In this document: positions 1 to 8,910 of the stretch, piece after piece
Layout of the letters: each line of letters starts with the position of its first letter
Position numbering within the stretch: position 1 is the first letter of the stretch
From: an uncultured Acidobacteriota bacterium
GTDB taxonomy: Bacteria > Acidobacteriota > Terriglobia > Acidiferrales > UBA7541
NCBI GenBank assembly: GCA_963825365.1
Contig: CAWGSV010000023.1
Span: 16,800-80,799 of the forward strand
Direction of reading: 5' to 3'
DNA: 64,000 nt
Position numbers and translations under genes: made by a program
The notes under the pieces: model-generated
The model's database searches: none
Seen by the model: the letters and a program-made list of their open reading frames with translations, nothing else
What the model was told of the DNA's origin: nothing

Positions 1-614
1 GCAATTATCCAAGTGGCGGTTTTTTGCACGCCGGCTTCTTTCAGCAAGAGAGACAGTGGGACTCCTGTCCACTGGCTGCAACTGGTGAAGCCATGCGTTT
101 CCTGGGGCGTAGCGTCCACCGAAACGCGCGCGTCCCCGCCTGGGCCCCTCGGGGAGCTATTTCCATGGCACTCCACGAAATGAAATCGCGTGACGAAGGG
201 CAGCCGCTTTATTTCGTCCACGGAAAAAATTAGCGGGCGATCGACCATGCCGTGAATGAGCAGGCGATGTTCCTTTGGGTCGATGTCGCGCGGCTCGAAC
301 CCGTGTGAAATCGTGAAGTGCAGGGAAGCCGGCGTGATCATTCCCTCGGAATCCTGTAGGGGTGTTCTCAAGCCGAATGCCACCTGCTCGTCTTTCACGC
401 GGCGCTCGGGATTATTGATGCTGCCATTGCGCACACTGCTCACGAAATGCGAGCGCTCGCCGTATAGATGCAGTTCATCAATTTTTTCTGGCGCCGGTTC
501 GGGCGCCGCCGCGGCTGCGATTGGCAGCGCGCTTGCCGATGCCCCGACGGCTAATCCTGCCAGCGCCGCGCCATTCTTGAGGAATCGTCGCCGATCCGTA
601 AGCTTGGGATTCAT
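1..614 (-). CDS. sulfite-oxidase-family molybdopterin oxidoreductase (SorA/SoxC-like paralog), N-terminal part; gene continues past window start
   Basis: Absent from ORF track because it runs off the edge. Manual reverse translation from ATG (614-612), preceded by GGAGGA, gives MNPKLTDRRRFLKNGAALAGLAVG... (twin-arginine signal) ...ITPASLHFTISHGFEPRDIDPKEHRLLIHGMVDRPLIF. Clearly paralogous to the ORF at 1332-2624. Confidence 0.75.
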   Translation of the reverse strand, partial: MNPKLTDRRRFLKNGAALAGLAVGASASALPIAAAAAPEPAPEKIDELHLYGERSHFVSSVRNGSINNPERRVKDEQVAFGLRTPLQDSEGMITPASLHFTISHGFEPRDIDPKEHRLLIHGMVDRPLIFSVDEIKRLPFVTRFHFVECHGNSSPRGPGGDARVSVDATPQETHGFTSCSQWTGVPLSLLLKEAGVQKTATWII

Positions 615-675
615 GCAGTCCTCCTGTCAATTTCAGTGGAATGGTAACACAATGCATGCTCCGCGATTCGCCCTG

Positions 676-753
676 GTAGCACAGGCTTCAGCCTGCGGAT
701 TTTATGGTTGCAGCGCGAAAAATCAAAAACCAACAGGCTGAAGCCTGTTCTAC
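676..753. repeat. REPIN-like nested palindrome, subfamily A (GTAGCACAGGCTTCAGCCTG...)
   Basis: GTAGCACAGGCTTCAGCCTGCGG ... CAACAGGCTGAAGCCTGTTCTAC inverted arms, each with its own GGCTTCAGCC hairpin. Confidence 0.85.
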
Positions 754-766
754 TAAATGCCAAATT

Positions 767-1348
767 TCAGGGGCAGTGCCCAAGCTTGCAGCCGCGCTTT
801 TTCCAATCGTGTATTTCATCCAGATTTTGCGGGATAAACCCGTCGCGGTTGGGCATCTTGATCTTTGGCAGAGTCTTGGCGTCGATCACGTCGCCTTCCT
901 TGATGATGTCATTGCGATACAGGATGAACGCAGTGATCGAATAGACCTCGTCAGGCTTCAACGTGCCTTCTTGAAAGCGCGGCATGGCCCTGCGGATGTA
1001 ATCGAAAATGGTGGTTGCGAATGGCCAGTAGCTCCCGGCGGTCATCATGGGGCGCAGGGAAGTGAGCGTGCCCTTGCCGCCGACGAGCGCTGGAGCCTGC
1101 GCGCTGCCTTGCTGATTCTCGCCGTGGCACACCATGCATTTGTCGGCATAAAGCTGCGCGCCCGCCTTGGCATTCCCGCTGCCCGGCGGCAATTCCTTTC
1201 CATCCGTTCCGATCGCGATATCCATGGCCTGCACTTCCTGTGCAGTGGGAGTGCGGCCCACATTTTTGTAGCTAGGAGTTTGCGCCGCCGCCGTGACGCA
1301 TGCGGCGGCGCACAAAACCGACGCAAGAAGGCTAAAATGAAATCGCAT
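767..1348 (-). CDS. monohaem cytochrome c subunit (SorB/SoxD-like) of sulfite dehydrogenase
   Basis: Signal peptide MRFHFSLLASVLCAAACVTAAAQ and haem motif CMVCHG. Lies directly downstream of and overlapping the SorA-like gene. The ORF track start 1369 is possible; ATG 1348 is preferred. Confidence 0.75.
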   Translation of the reverse strand: MRFHFSLLASVLCAAACVTAAAQTPSYKNVGRTPTAQEVQAMDIAIGTDGKELPPGSGNAKAGAQLYADKCMVCHGENQQGSAQAPALVGGKGTLTSLRPMMTAGSYWPFATTIFDYIRRAMPRFQEGTLKPDEVYSITAFILYRNDIIKEGDVIDAKTLPKIKMPNRDGFIPQNLDEIHDWKKRGCKLGHCP

Positions 1349-2624
1349 TTTGCACGCTCCCGTCCGCATTCACTTTCCACGGCTGAATGGCATTGAAGTG
1401 CCCGGGAATGGTCCCCGTTTTCACGAAAAAGTCCGGCTCCACTTTCCAGAATTTCGCCAGCTCTGTCACTGTCGGTTGCCGCTCGCCCGCATCATCCGTG
1501 CAGCGCGATTGCAGGATGGTTTCCTCGCCGTTCCATTCCCAGCCGAATCCGAATCGCACGTGGGCCTTCGGAGTAACGGGGCTTTGAATTTCGGCTTCGC
1601 GCCAGGTTTTTCCGTTGTCGGTCGACACTTCAATGGATTTGACCGCTCCGCCGCCGGACCATGCCAGCCCGCTAATCTCATAAAAGCCCGGCCCGTTCAT
1701 TTTTTGCCCGCCTGAGGGGCGCGTAATGACGGTGTGCGGTCCCATCTGAAATTGAAACCACCTGGAAAGCCCATCAGGCCGCAAGCTCGGATACTTGGTG
1801 CTCTCCCACATTCCCATGTAGGGTTCTTCCACCAGCTTGATTCGCCGCAGCCATTTCACATTGTTGATTCCTTCCCAGCCCGGCACCAGTAGCCGGATGG
1901 GATAGCCCTGCTGCGGCCGCAGCGCCTCGCCATTCTGTCCGTAGGCGATCAGCACGTCGTCCATGGCTTTTTCAATCGGGATGCTCTTGGTGTGTTTCCC
2001 TTTTTCCGAACCTTCGCCGATGATCCACTTGGCTTCCGTTTTCACGCCCACCTGCTTCAAGAGCGTCGAGAGCGGCACGCCCGTCCACAGGCTGCAGCTG
2101 GTGAAGCCATGCGTATCCTGCGCCGTGGCATTCGGCGAGACGCGGTATTGTCCAGTGGGGCCGGATGGCGCGCCGTTGGCGTTGCATTCCAGAAAATGCG
2201 CGCGGGTGACGGACGGAAAGCGCTTCAAATCGGCGAGCGAAAAAATCAGAGGTTTGTCCACCAGCCCATGAATCAGCAAGTTATGCTCGGCAGGATCAAT
2301 ATCGGGCGGTTCGTAACCATGAGCGATCACAAAGTGGAGCGAAGCGGGCGTGATGTATCCGACCGAATCCTGAATCGGCGTGCGAAATCCAAAGTCACGG
2401 TGGTAGCCCGCAGGCGCAGGATCATACAGCCCGGGCGCGCCCAGCCGCGTGGCAGTCTCAAATCGCGAGCGCTCTCCATAGCCATGCAAATCCTTCAGCC
2501 GCGAAGCGGAAGTTTCCGGTGCGGCGCTCTGTCCGCTTGCAGTCCGCGCAACTCCCACAGCCAAGCCAGCGAGCGCGGCGCTATTTTTCAGAAAATTCCG
2601 GCGCCCGGAATCTTTCGGTTGCAT
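1332..2624 (-). CDS. sulfite dehydrogenase molybdopterin subunit (SorA/SoxC family)
   Basis: 430 aa with Tat signal SGRRNFLKNSAALAG and a sulfite-oxidase-like core (ITPASLHFVIAHGYEPPDID, LLVPGWEGINNVKWLRRIKL). Confidence 0.85.
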   Translation of the reverse strand: MQPKDSGRRNFLKNSAALAGLAVGVARTASGQSAAPETSASRLKDLHGYGERSRFETATRLGAPGLYDPAPAGYHRDFGFRTPIQDSVGYITPASLHFVIAHGYEPPDIDPAEHNLLIHGLVDKPLIFSLADLKRFPSVTRAHFLECNANGAPSGPTGQYRVSPNATAQDTHGFTSCSLWTGVPLSTLLKQVGVKTEAKWIIGEGSEKGKHTKSIPIEKAMDDVLIAYGQNGEALRPQQGYPIRLLVPGWEGINNVKWLRRIKLVEEPYMGMWESTKYPSLRPDGLSRWFQFQMGPHTVITRPSGGQKMNGPGFYEISGLAWSGGGAVKSIEVSTDNGKTWREAEIQSPVTPKAHVRFGFGWEWNGEETILQSRCTDDAGERQPTVTELAKFWKVEPDFFVKTGTIPGHFNAIQPWKVNADGSVQNAISF

Positions 2625-2745
2625 GGGTTTCTCCTATGGAATGCGTAGATGAGTCTTAACCAAGGCGGGATAAGATGTCAACGAAATGGTATTAGTGTGC
2701 GCCCTTTTAATTTAACCAGACACTCAAAAACGACGGGGCGCCCAT

Positions 2746-2817
2746 GTAGCGCGGGCTTCAGCCTGCGGGGGTTAGTCCTTGGAAGACCCGAACCCCGCAG
2801 GCTGAAGCCCGCGCCAC
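2746..2817. repeat. REPIN-like palindrome, subfamily B (GTAGCGCGGGCTTCAGCCTGCGG)
   Basis: Arms GTAGCGCGGGCTTCAGCCTGCGGGG / CCCCGCAGGCTGAAGCCCGCGCCAC around centre TAGTCCTTGGAAGACC. Confidence 0.85.
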
Positions 2818-2863
2818 CTGAGCGCCCCGTTTTTTGCAACCTTTGCGGAGGCGAACTATTTTA

Positions 2864-5326
2864 TTAATTCGATTGCCGGATGCGCATTCCGTAGAACGAT
2901 CGGTAAACGAAAATGAATGACACCACAAAGAATGCGGCCGAAAGCGAACGCGTCAGCACACCGCCGGAGGTGGCCGTCAATTTCACGGCCAGCGATACGG
3001 CCAGCAAGCCGAAAAGCGTGGTGAACTTGATGACCGGATTGAGCGCCACGGAAGAAGTGTCCTTGAACGGATCGCCAACCGTATCGCCGATGACGGTTGC
3101 GTCATGCAGCGGCGTTCCTTTTTGCTTCATCTCCACTTCCACGATTTTCTTGGCGTTGTCCCATGCGCCGCCGGCATTGGCCATGAAGATGGCTTGATAC
3201 AGACCGAAGATGGCGATGGAGATCAGGTAGCCGATGAAGAAGAACGGATCGAGGAAGGAAAAAGCCAGCGTGGCGAAGAACACCGCGATGAAGATGTTCA
3301 GCATGCCCTTCTGCGCATATTTCGTGCAGATCTCCACGACTTTCTTGCTGTCCTCGACGGATGCTTTTTCCACGCCCTCGAGCTTGATGTTTGCCTTGAT
3401 GAACTCGACGGCTCGGTACGCGCCGGTGGTCACGGCCTGTGTGGAAGCGCCGGTGAACCAGTAGATCATGGCGCCGCCGGTAATCAGGCCGAGCACGAAG
3501 GGAGCGTGCAGCAGGGAAAGTTTCTCGACGTTGGCGGTGAGCCCGTTGGTCAGCGCCATGATGATCGAGAAAATCATGGTCGTGGCGCCCACAACAGCGG
3601 TGCCGATCAGCACCGGTTTCGCGGTGGCCTTGAACGTGTTGCCGGCTCCGTCGTTTTCTTCGAGCAAATCCTTGGCGCGCTCAAAGTTGGCGTCGATGTT
3701 GAAATCCTTCTTCAACTCTTCCTTGATGCTCGGAACCTGCTCGATCAGCGAGAGTTCGTAGACCGACTGCGCGTTGTCCGTGACCGGGCCGTAGGAATCG
3801 ACCGCGATCGTTACGGGCCCCATGCCCAGGAAGCCGAAGGCCACAAGCCCGAAGGCGAACACGGGCGCGGCGATCATCAATCCGCTCAGCCCCATGCGCG
3901 CAAACAGATAGCCGACGGACATCAGGAAAACCATGGCCATTCCCAGGTAATAGGCCGAGAAATTTCCGGCCACGAAGCCGGACAGAATTCCGAGCGACGC
4001 GCCGCCCTCTTCCGCCGAGGTCACCACTTCTTTTACGTGCCGCGATTCGGTGGAGGTGAATACTTTCACGAGTTCCGGAATCACCGCGCCGGCCAGCGTG
4101 CCGCAGGAAATGATCGAAGCCAGCTTCCACCATTGCGTGGTGTCGTCCGCTAAGCTGCGGAATGATGACGGCCGAAATCGCATAGGTCATGGCGATGGAG
4201 ATAAACGAAGTGAGCCAGACCAGAGGTGGTCAGCGGCGTTTCGAAATTCATTTTGTCGACATTGCCAAAGCGAGCCTTGGCGATCGCGGCGTTGATGAAA
4301 TAAGCCGCGGCGCTGGAGACCAGCATGGCAATGCGCATCACGAAAATCCACACGAGCAATTGAACCTGTACAATCGGATCCTTCACGCCCAGCAGGATGA
4401 AGGTGATCAGCGCGACGCCCGTGACGCCGTAGGTCTCGAAGCCGTCGGCGCTCGGCCCAACCGAGTCGCCAGCGTTGTCGCCGGTGCAATCGGCGATCAC
4501 GCCGGGGTTGCGCGCGTCGTCTTCCTTGATCTTGAACACGATCTTCATCAAGTCGGAGCCGATGTCGGCAATCTTGGTGAAGATGCCGCCGGCGATGCGC
4601 AGCGCAGCCGCGCCCAGCGATTCACCGATGGCAAATCCGATAAAGCACGGCCCGGCATAGTCGCCGGGAATGAAAAGCAGAATGAAGAGCATCATCAGCA
4701 ATTCCACGCTGATCAGCATCATGCCGATGCTCATGCCGGCCTGCAGCGGAATCTGATAAATCGGGAAACGGCTTGCCGCGCAGTCCGGCGAACGCCGTTC
4801 GCGAATTCGCAAACGTATTGACGCGAATGCCGAACCATGCCACGCCGTAGCTGCCCGCAATTCCGATCAAGCTGAACAGCAGAATAATCGGCAGCGTGGT
4901 GCTGATCGGCTTGCGCACGGGCGACAGCACGCCGAAATACAGCACGATCACGACGGCGATGAACACCCACAGGAAAAGCAAGAACTTGCCCTGCGTGATG
5001 AGGTAGGTCTTGCAGGTTTCGTAGATCAGCTCGGACACTTCGCGCATCGAGCGGTGCACCGGCAGGTTCTTCAGGCGGTTGTAGATGGCCAGGCCGAAGA
5101 TCAGGCCGAATACGCAAAACAGAATCCCGATCAGCAATAGCTTGTGCCCGTCGATCCCCAGAAACGAGACTTGCGAGAGATCGGGAAGCTTGAGGGCTGC
5201 TTCGCCGCCGGCGGTTTCCTGAGCCAAAGCGGCCGCAGCGTTCAAAAATGTCAGCAGGGCAACAGCCGCGCCTGCCATCGCGAATCGGCTTCGAAGCGGG
5301 CTAAAGCCCGCGAGCCACGTACGCAT
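2864..5326 (-). pseudogene. hppA: membrane H+/Na+-translocating pyrophosphatase, reading frame broken three times (possible assembly indels)
   Basis: Three consecutive ORFs (4622-5353, 4150-4860, 2864-4183) plus a short bridging frame (3681-4190 ORF N-terminus MTYAISAVIIPQL) together give one PPase. Motifs include GIRVNTFANSRTA, DNAGDSVGP, GGAWDNAKK and DTVGDPFKDT. Frame breaks near 4762, 4226 and 4154. GGAGGA lies before ATG 5326. Confidence 0.85.
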
Positions 5327-5665
5327 CAGAGTTCCTCCGTCGAATTCTTTCAATCAGTCTATTTTGTTCCACTTCGTTAAGCGCTCCCGGCACACCACAT
5401 GACCCTGCCTTCTTTGCTCAGGGCGTCTAGGGAATGGCTTGCCGGATTTGAATCAGGTTGCCACTTCAAGAAGGGTCGGAATTACACCACTTTGTCCCGC
5501 CTTTGACCGCATTGCCGTCTTTCCATGAACAGACAACACCCTTACCCTATAAATAGGGCGGCACAAAGCTGATTTTTTATAACATGCTGGGGTATGGGGG
5601 TCAAACCGTTTCGCATCCGGTTGACCAGTCCGCAAACAGCCTCCCGGAAGCGAACTCGCCTTTTT

Positions 5666-5729
5666 GTGGCAAAGCTTTCAGCCTGTTGGTTTTAGCTCAA
5701 TTGCACAAAAGCCGCATGCTGAAGCCAAC
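5666..5729. repeat. degenerate REPIN-like element
   Basis: GTGGCAAAGCTTTCAGCCTGTTGG ... GCATGCTGAAGCCAAC; arms decayed. Confidence 0.45.
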
Positions 5730-5849
5730 TCAGAATGCGTTCAGTCCGAGCCGCCACGAAAGCGCATGGGGGGAAGTAGAAAAAAGGGCAGTCGACGTTA
5801 TAGCGCCGACTGCCCCCTATTGCCAATTCTTCGAACCTTGGGAAGACCT

Positions 5850-6380
5850 TTACTTCTTTTGTGCGGTGGGCGGGAGCAGACCATTCATGCGCAAGTGTAT
5901 GGAGAGCCCTGCGTAGTGATCCGCAAAATCGATAACCACGGCATTGGCCGCACCGAGGCGCGTGATCTTTTGGCCGCCGAAAAACGGCACCATTTCAGAA
6001 AGGTTGGCATCCGTCAGCTTTGAGAATTGTTCCCCGCAATAGTCCATCGATGCCTGGAGCCCGGCAACCAGCTTGGCTTTGGAATCGCTGTCTGAGCTTT
6101 TAGCGAAGGGCGTCGCGGGTGGAGTGAAAAGCCTGGCGCACACATTGTTGTTCACGTCGGCGATGTGGCCAATGGTCTTTCCAAAAGTCATGTTTTCAGG
6201 CGTCGGTTTAAAGCCGTATTTTTCCTCGGGCATGATCTGGGCGGTGGCCACTAGGTTCTTCGCATAATCGTCGAAAGACTTGCGGATGGTGGCAGCAAGT
6301 GGATTCTTGGCCGCATCCTGCGCGTGCGCCATCATGGGCGCCAGCAAACAAAAAATTACCAGGTACATTAATCGCTTCAT
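5850..6380 (-). CDS. DinB-family protein with signal peptide
   Basis: MKRLMYLVIFCLLAPMMAHAQ signal. DinB-like features include GKTIGHIADVNN and a C-terminal DHYAGLSIHLRMNG. SD GGAGAA lies before ATG 6380. Confidence 0.65.
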   Translation of the reverse strand: MKRLMYLVIFCLLAPMMAHAQDAAKNPLAATIRKSFDDYAKNLVATAQIMPEEKYGFKPTPENMTFGKTIGHIADVNNNVCARLFTPPATPFAKSSDSDSKAKLVAGLQASMDYCGEQFSKLTDANLSEMVPFFGGQKITRLGAANAVVIDFADHYAGLSIHLRMNGLLPPTAQKK

Positions 6381-6493
6381 TCCTATTTTCTCCTTTGAGA
6401 TCACTCGGTCTTGGCAGGATACGACGGATGCAGGAGCGGTTCAAGCAGAAGCGGTTGGCTGGCGCTTTTCTAATTTGAAATTCCTTCGAGCAG

Positions 6494-6621
6494 TCGGAGG
6501 TCCGAGCTTCAGCTCGGACATTTACGCTTGGTTTGATCTGGGCTTTAGCCCCTGAAGCTTCAGGGGTTAAAACCCCATGCCGGGTGATAGCTTACGTCGG
6601 GGCTGAAGCCCCGACCTCCGA
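6494..6621. repeat. composite palindromic repeat (TCGGAGGTCCGAGCTTCAGCTCGGAC ... GTCGGGGCTGAAGCCCCGACCTCCGA)
   Basis: Outer inverted arms plus inner hairpins GGGCTTTAGCCC and CCCCTGAAGCTTCAGGGG. Right half is homologous to 31853-31917. Confidence 0.8.
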
Positions 6622-6635
6622 AATCCGTGCATTTT

Positions 6636-7211
6636 TCAAATTGGGACAGCACCCGCATGGCTATGTCCATTCTGACTGGGCTTCTTACCTTGCCGTGGCA
6701 TTTTTCTTTTCGCAGCCCTCGCTGTTTTCTTCGCTGGCTTGGAACCTTTTTCCTTCTTTTTGATTTTCGATCGCGCCGAGCGCTTCGCTCCCGGAATCTT
6801 GCCGATTCGAGGATCCCCGGCCACAATCAACTCGCAGGCGCGAAGCGCCGCCTGCTCGAAATCTTCATGCTCTGCGGGAAGCACTTGCCAGCCGGTTGTG
6901 CCGCTTCCAAAAACCTGGATGGACCGCATGGAAGGGAATTCGCGGCGCAAACTTTCATGATGCTCGTCCGTCGTGGCCAGCCACACTCCGTTGTCCTCGG
7001 TGTTGTCCACTTTATCGCGCAAGATGAGCACAATTTTGTTCTTCACATATACGGCCAGGCAGCCAAACATGGAATGGGTTCTGGGAGCCAGCGAGGCGAT
7101 TGCGTCCAGCACGAATTCATGCGGAATGGGTTTGCGCTTCTTTGGGGAAAGACCCTCGCTGCCCGGCAAGGGGAAGAAATTACTGGAACGAGAATTAATG
7201 ACTCGGCTCAT
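6636..7211 (-). CDS. hypothetical protein, TfoX-N-like domain with Lys/Arg-rich C-terminal tail
   Basis: MFGCLAVYVKNKIVLILRD resembles the TfoX N-terminal motif. The tail KRSARSKIKKKEKGSKPAKKTARAAKRK is highly basic. Confidence 0.4.
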   Translation of the reverse strand: MSRVINSRSSNFFPLPGSEGLSPKKRKPIPHEFVLDAIASLAPRTHSMFGCLAVYVKNKIVLILRDKVDNTEDNGVWLATTDEHHESLRREFPSMRSIQVFGSGTTGWQVLPAEHEDFEQAALRACELIVAGDPRIGKIPGAKRSARSKIKKKEKGSKPAKKTARAAKRKMPRQGKKPSQNGHSHAGAVPI

Positions 7212-7340
7212 ACTACTTTTCTCCGATCCGTTTTGTCGGAGAAGCTGATTTTATGCCCTTGCCCCATAGAATGAAAAATCGTTCTCTACGCTTTGGATGA
7301 TTCTGCCAGGGACGCCATACCTTAGCAATTCGCGGGAATC

Positions 7341-7471
7341 TAGAAGCCATCTCTCAAATAATCTTTGTAGGTCGCGGCTTTAGCCACGACGTTCAGATCT
7401 CTGAAATCAAGGGCTTTAGCTCCTGGCGGCCGATCGACTTTGCCGGCTGGCCATTTATGAGATGGCTTCTA
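7341..7471. repeat. MITE-like 131-bp element with 13-bp terminal inverted repeats
   Basis: TAGAAGCCATCTC ... GAGATGGCTTCTA termini. Internal GTAGGTCGCGGCTTTAGCCACGAC and GGGCTTTAGC hairpins. Near-identical copy at 14217-14345. Confidence 0.85.
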
Positions 7472-7673
7472 ATCATTTCGCCGGATAGCCACCCATCCCG
7501 GATTGTCGCAATATACTTTTCAGGCATGGCGCCCGCTTTTCGCCTTTGACGCGACCGGATGCCGGCACGATAGTAGAGTTGACAGTTTGGGTGGAGTTTG
7601 GTTTTCGAAAGGCCTGCCCCGCACTGACTGAGAATAAAAGCGATTTACCCCCCAGCCGGAAATTGAGACCTCT

Positions 7674-8828
7674 GTGGAAACCAGTGAAACCTCTAAGAAG
7701 GCTGTTGAGCGCCGCCAATCTCCACGAACGAAACTTGAGGATATCGCCTATATCGGCATGGGCCCCGAAAATGGAGGTCTGGTTTTAGATGTTTCTGACG
7801 GCGGCTTGTCATTTCAAGCTGTCGCTCCTGTTCAGCGAACTGAAAAAGTAAAATTTCTGCTATCGCTGCGGGGCCACAGCCGAATCGAAGGGACCGGAGA
7901 AGTGGTGTGGACCGACCCGTTGGGGACGATTTGCGGATTGAAATTTACGTCTCTCTCCGTCGGCGCCCTCGAACACTTGAACAATTGGACTAATCAATCT
8001 CACATGGCGAACACACCGCCCACCACGGACACGGATGCCAGAGAAACGCGCGCCGCGGCCCCATCAAAGATATTTTCCGATGCATACAATGCCGCGCGAT
8101 CGCTGCCTAACGACTCGCCTATATTTGCGATTGCCCCTGTGGTCGAGGCGCCATCCGCGGAACCGGGGCCAGGATTTCGAGGGCAGCACCCGTTATTATT
8201 TTGGGCTGCGTTCGTATTTTTGATAGCCGCAATCGGGCTTGCAGGGTTTATATACGGCGTACAAGTCGAGAAAACGCAAATCAGGACGGTGTTGCAGTCC
8301 CCGGCAACTTCCGCGCCCAAGGTGAATCCGCCCATCGTCGCGGGTACTTCCGTTCCGTCCGCGCCGGGTGCAATCGAATCGCAGCCAGTTCCCAATGAAA
8401 CGCACTCCCCGTCGAGCAATGCGGCTCCCGTTGCTAATCGCCCACTTACGAGTACATCCAAATCGGAAGCCGCTTCAGGAAGTGCGCAGCGGGTCGCGGG
8501 CAAGGAAGGAATCGGCAAGGCGGCACCCGGACAGAGTTCGGCGCCGACCGAGGATGGCGGGAAATCGGAGCTGGCCGCCGCGCTGGCGCAATTGGACGGC
8601 CAAAATGGAAAGCGTGAAAATCCCTTGGCGGTTGTGCTGTTGTGGGCTGCCATTCGGAAGGGCAATATCACGGCTGAAGTTACCTTGGCGGATCTATACA
8701 TTTATGGCGACGGCGTGAAGCAAAATTGCGATCAGGGTCGCGCGTTGCTGATGGCGGCCTCGAAGAGCGGTGATGTCCAGGCCAAATTAAGATTAGCTGA
8801 TTTGATCGCTAAGGGTTGCCCCAGGTAG
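7674..8828 (+). CDS. PilZ domain / single TM / Sel1-repeat protein
   Basis: N-terminal RRQSPRTKL...DVSDGGLSF (PilZ RxxxR and DxSxxG motifs), TM LLFWAAFVFLIAAIGLAGFIYGV, a Pro/Ser/Ala-rich linker, and a C-terminal Sel1-like LADLYIYGDGVKQNCDQGRALLMAASKSGD. GTG start is uncertain. Confidence 0.7.
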   Translation: METSETSKKAVERRQSPRTKLEDIAYIGMGPENGGLVLDVSDGGLSFQAVAPVQRTEKVKFLLSLRGHSRIEGTGEVVWTDPLGTICGLKFTSLSVGALEHLNNWTNQSHMANTPPTTDTDARETRAAAPSKIFSDAYNAARSLPNDSPIFAIAPVVEAPSAEPGPGFRGQHPLLFWAAFVFLIAAIGLAGFIYGVQVEKTQIRTVLQSPATSAPKVNPPIVAGTSVPSAPGAIESQPVPNETHSPSSNAAPVANRPLTSTSKSEAASGSAQRVAGKEGIGKAAPGQSSAPTEDGGKSELAAALAQLDGQNGKRENPLAVVLLWAAIRKGNITAEVTLADLYIYGDGVKQNCDQGRALLMAASKSGDVQAKLRLADLIAKGCPR

Positions 8829-8910
8829 GACAGGCTTCAGCCTGTCTTCTTTTTTTGAATTCTTCGGCGATCGCAGCACTGCAAACCAGACAGGCTGAAG
8901 CCTGTCCTAC
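8825..8910. repeat. REPIN-like palindrome, subfamily C (GTAGGACAGGCTTCAGCCTGTCT)
   Basis: Arms GTAGGACAGGCTTCAGCCTGTC / GACAGGCTGAAGCCTGTCCTAC. Both termini contain the TAG stops of the convergent flanking genes. Confidence 0.9.
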
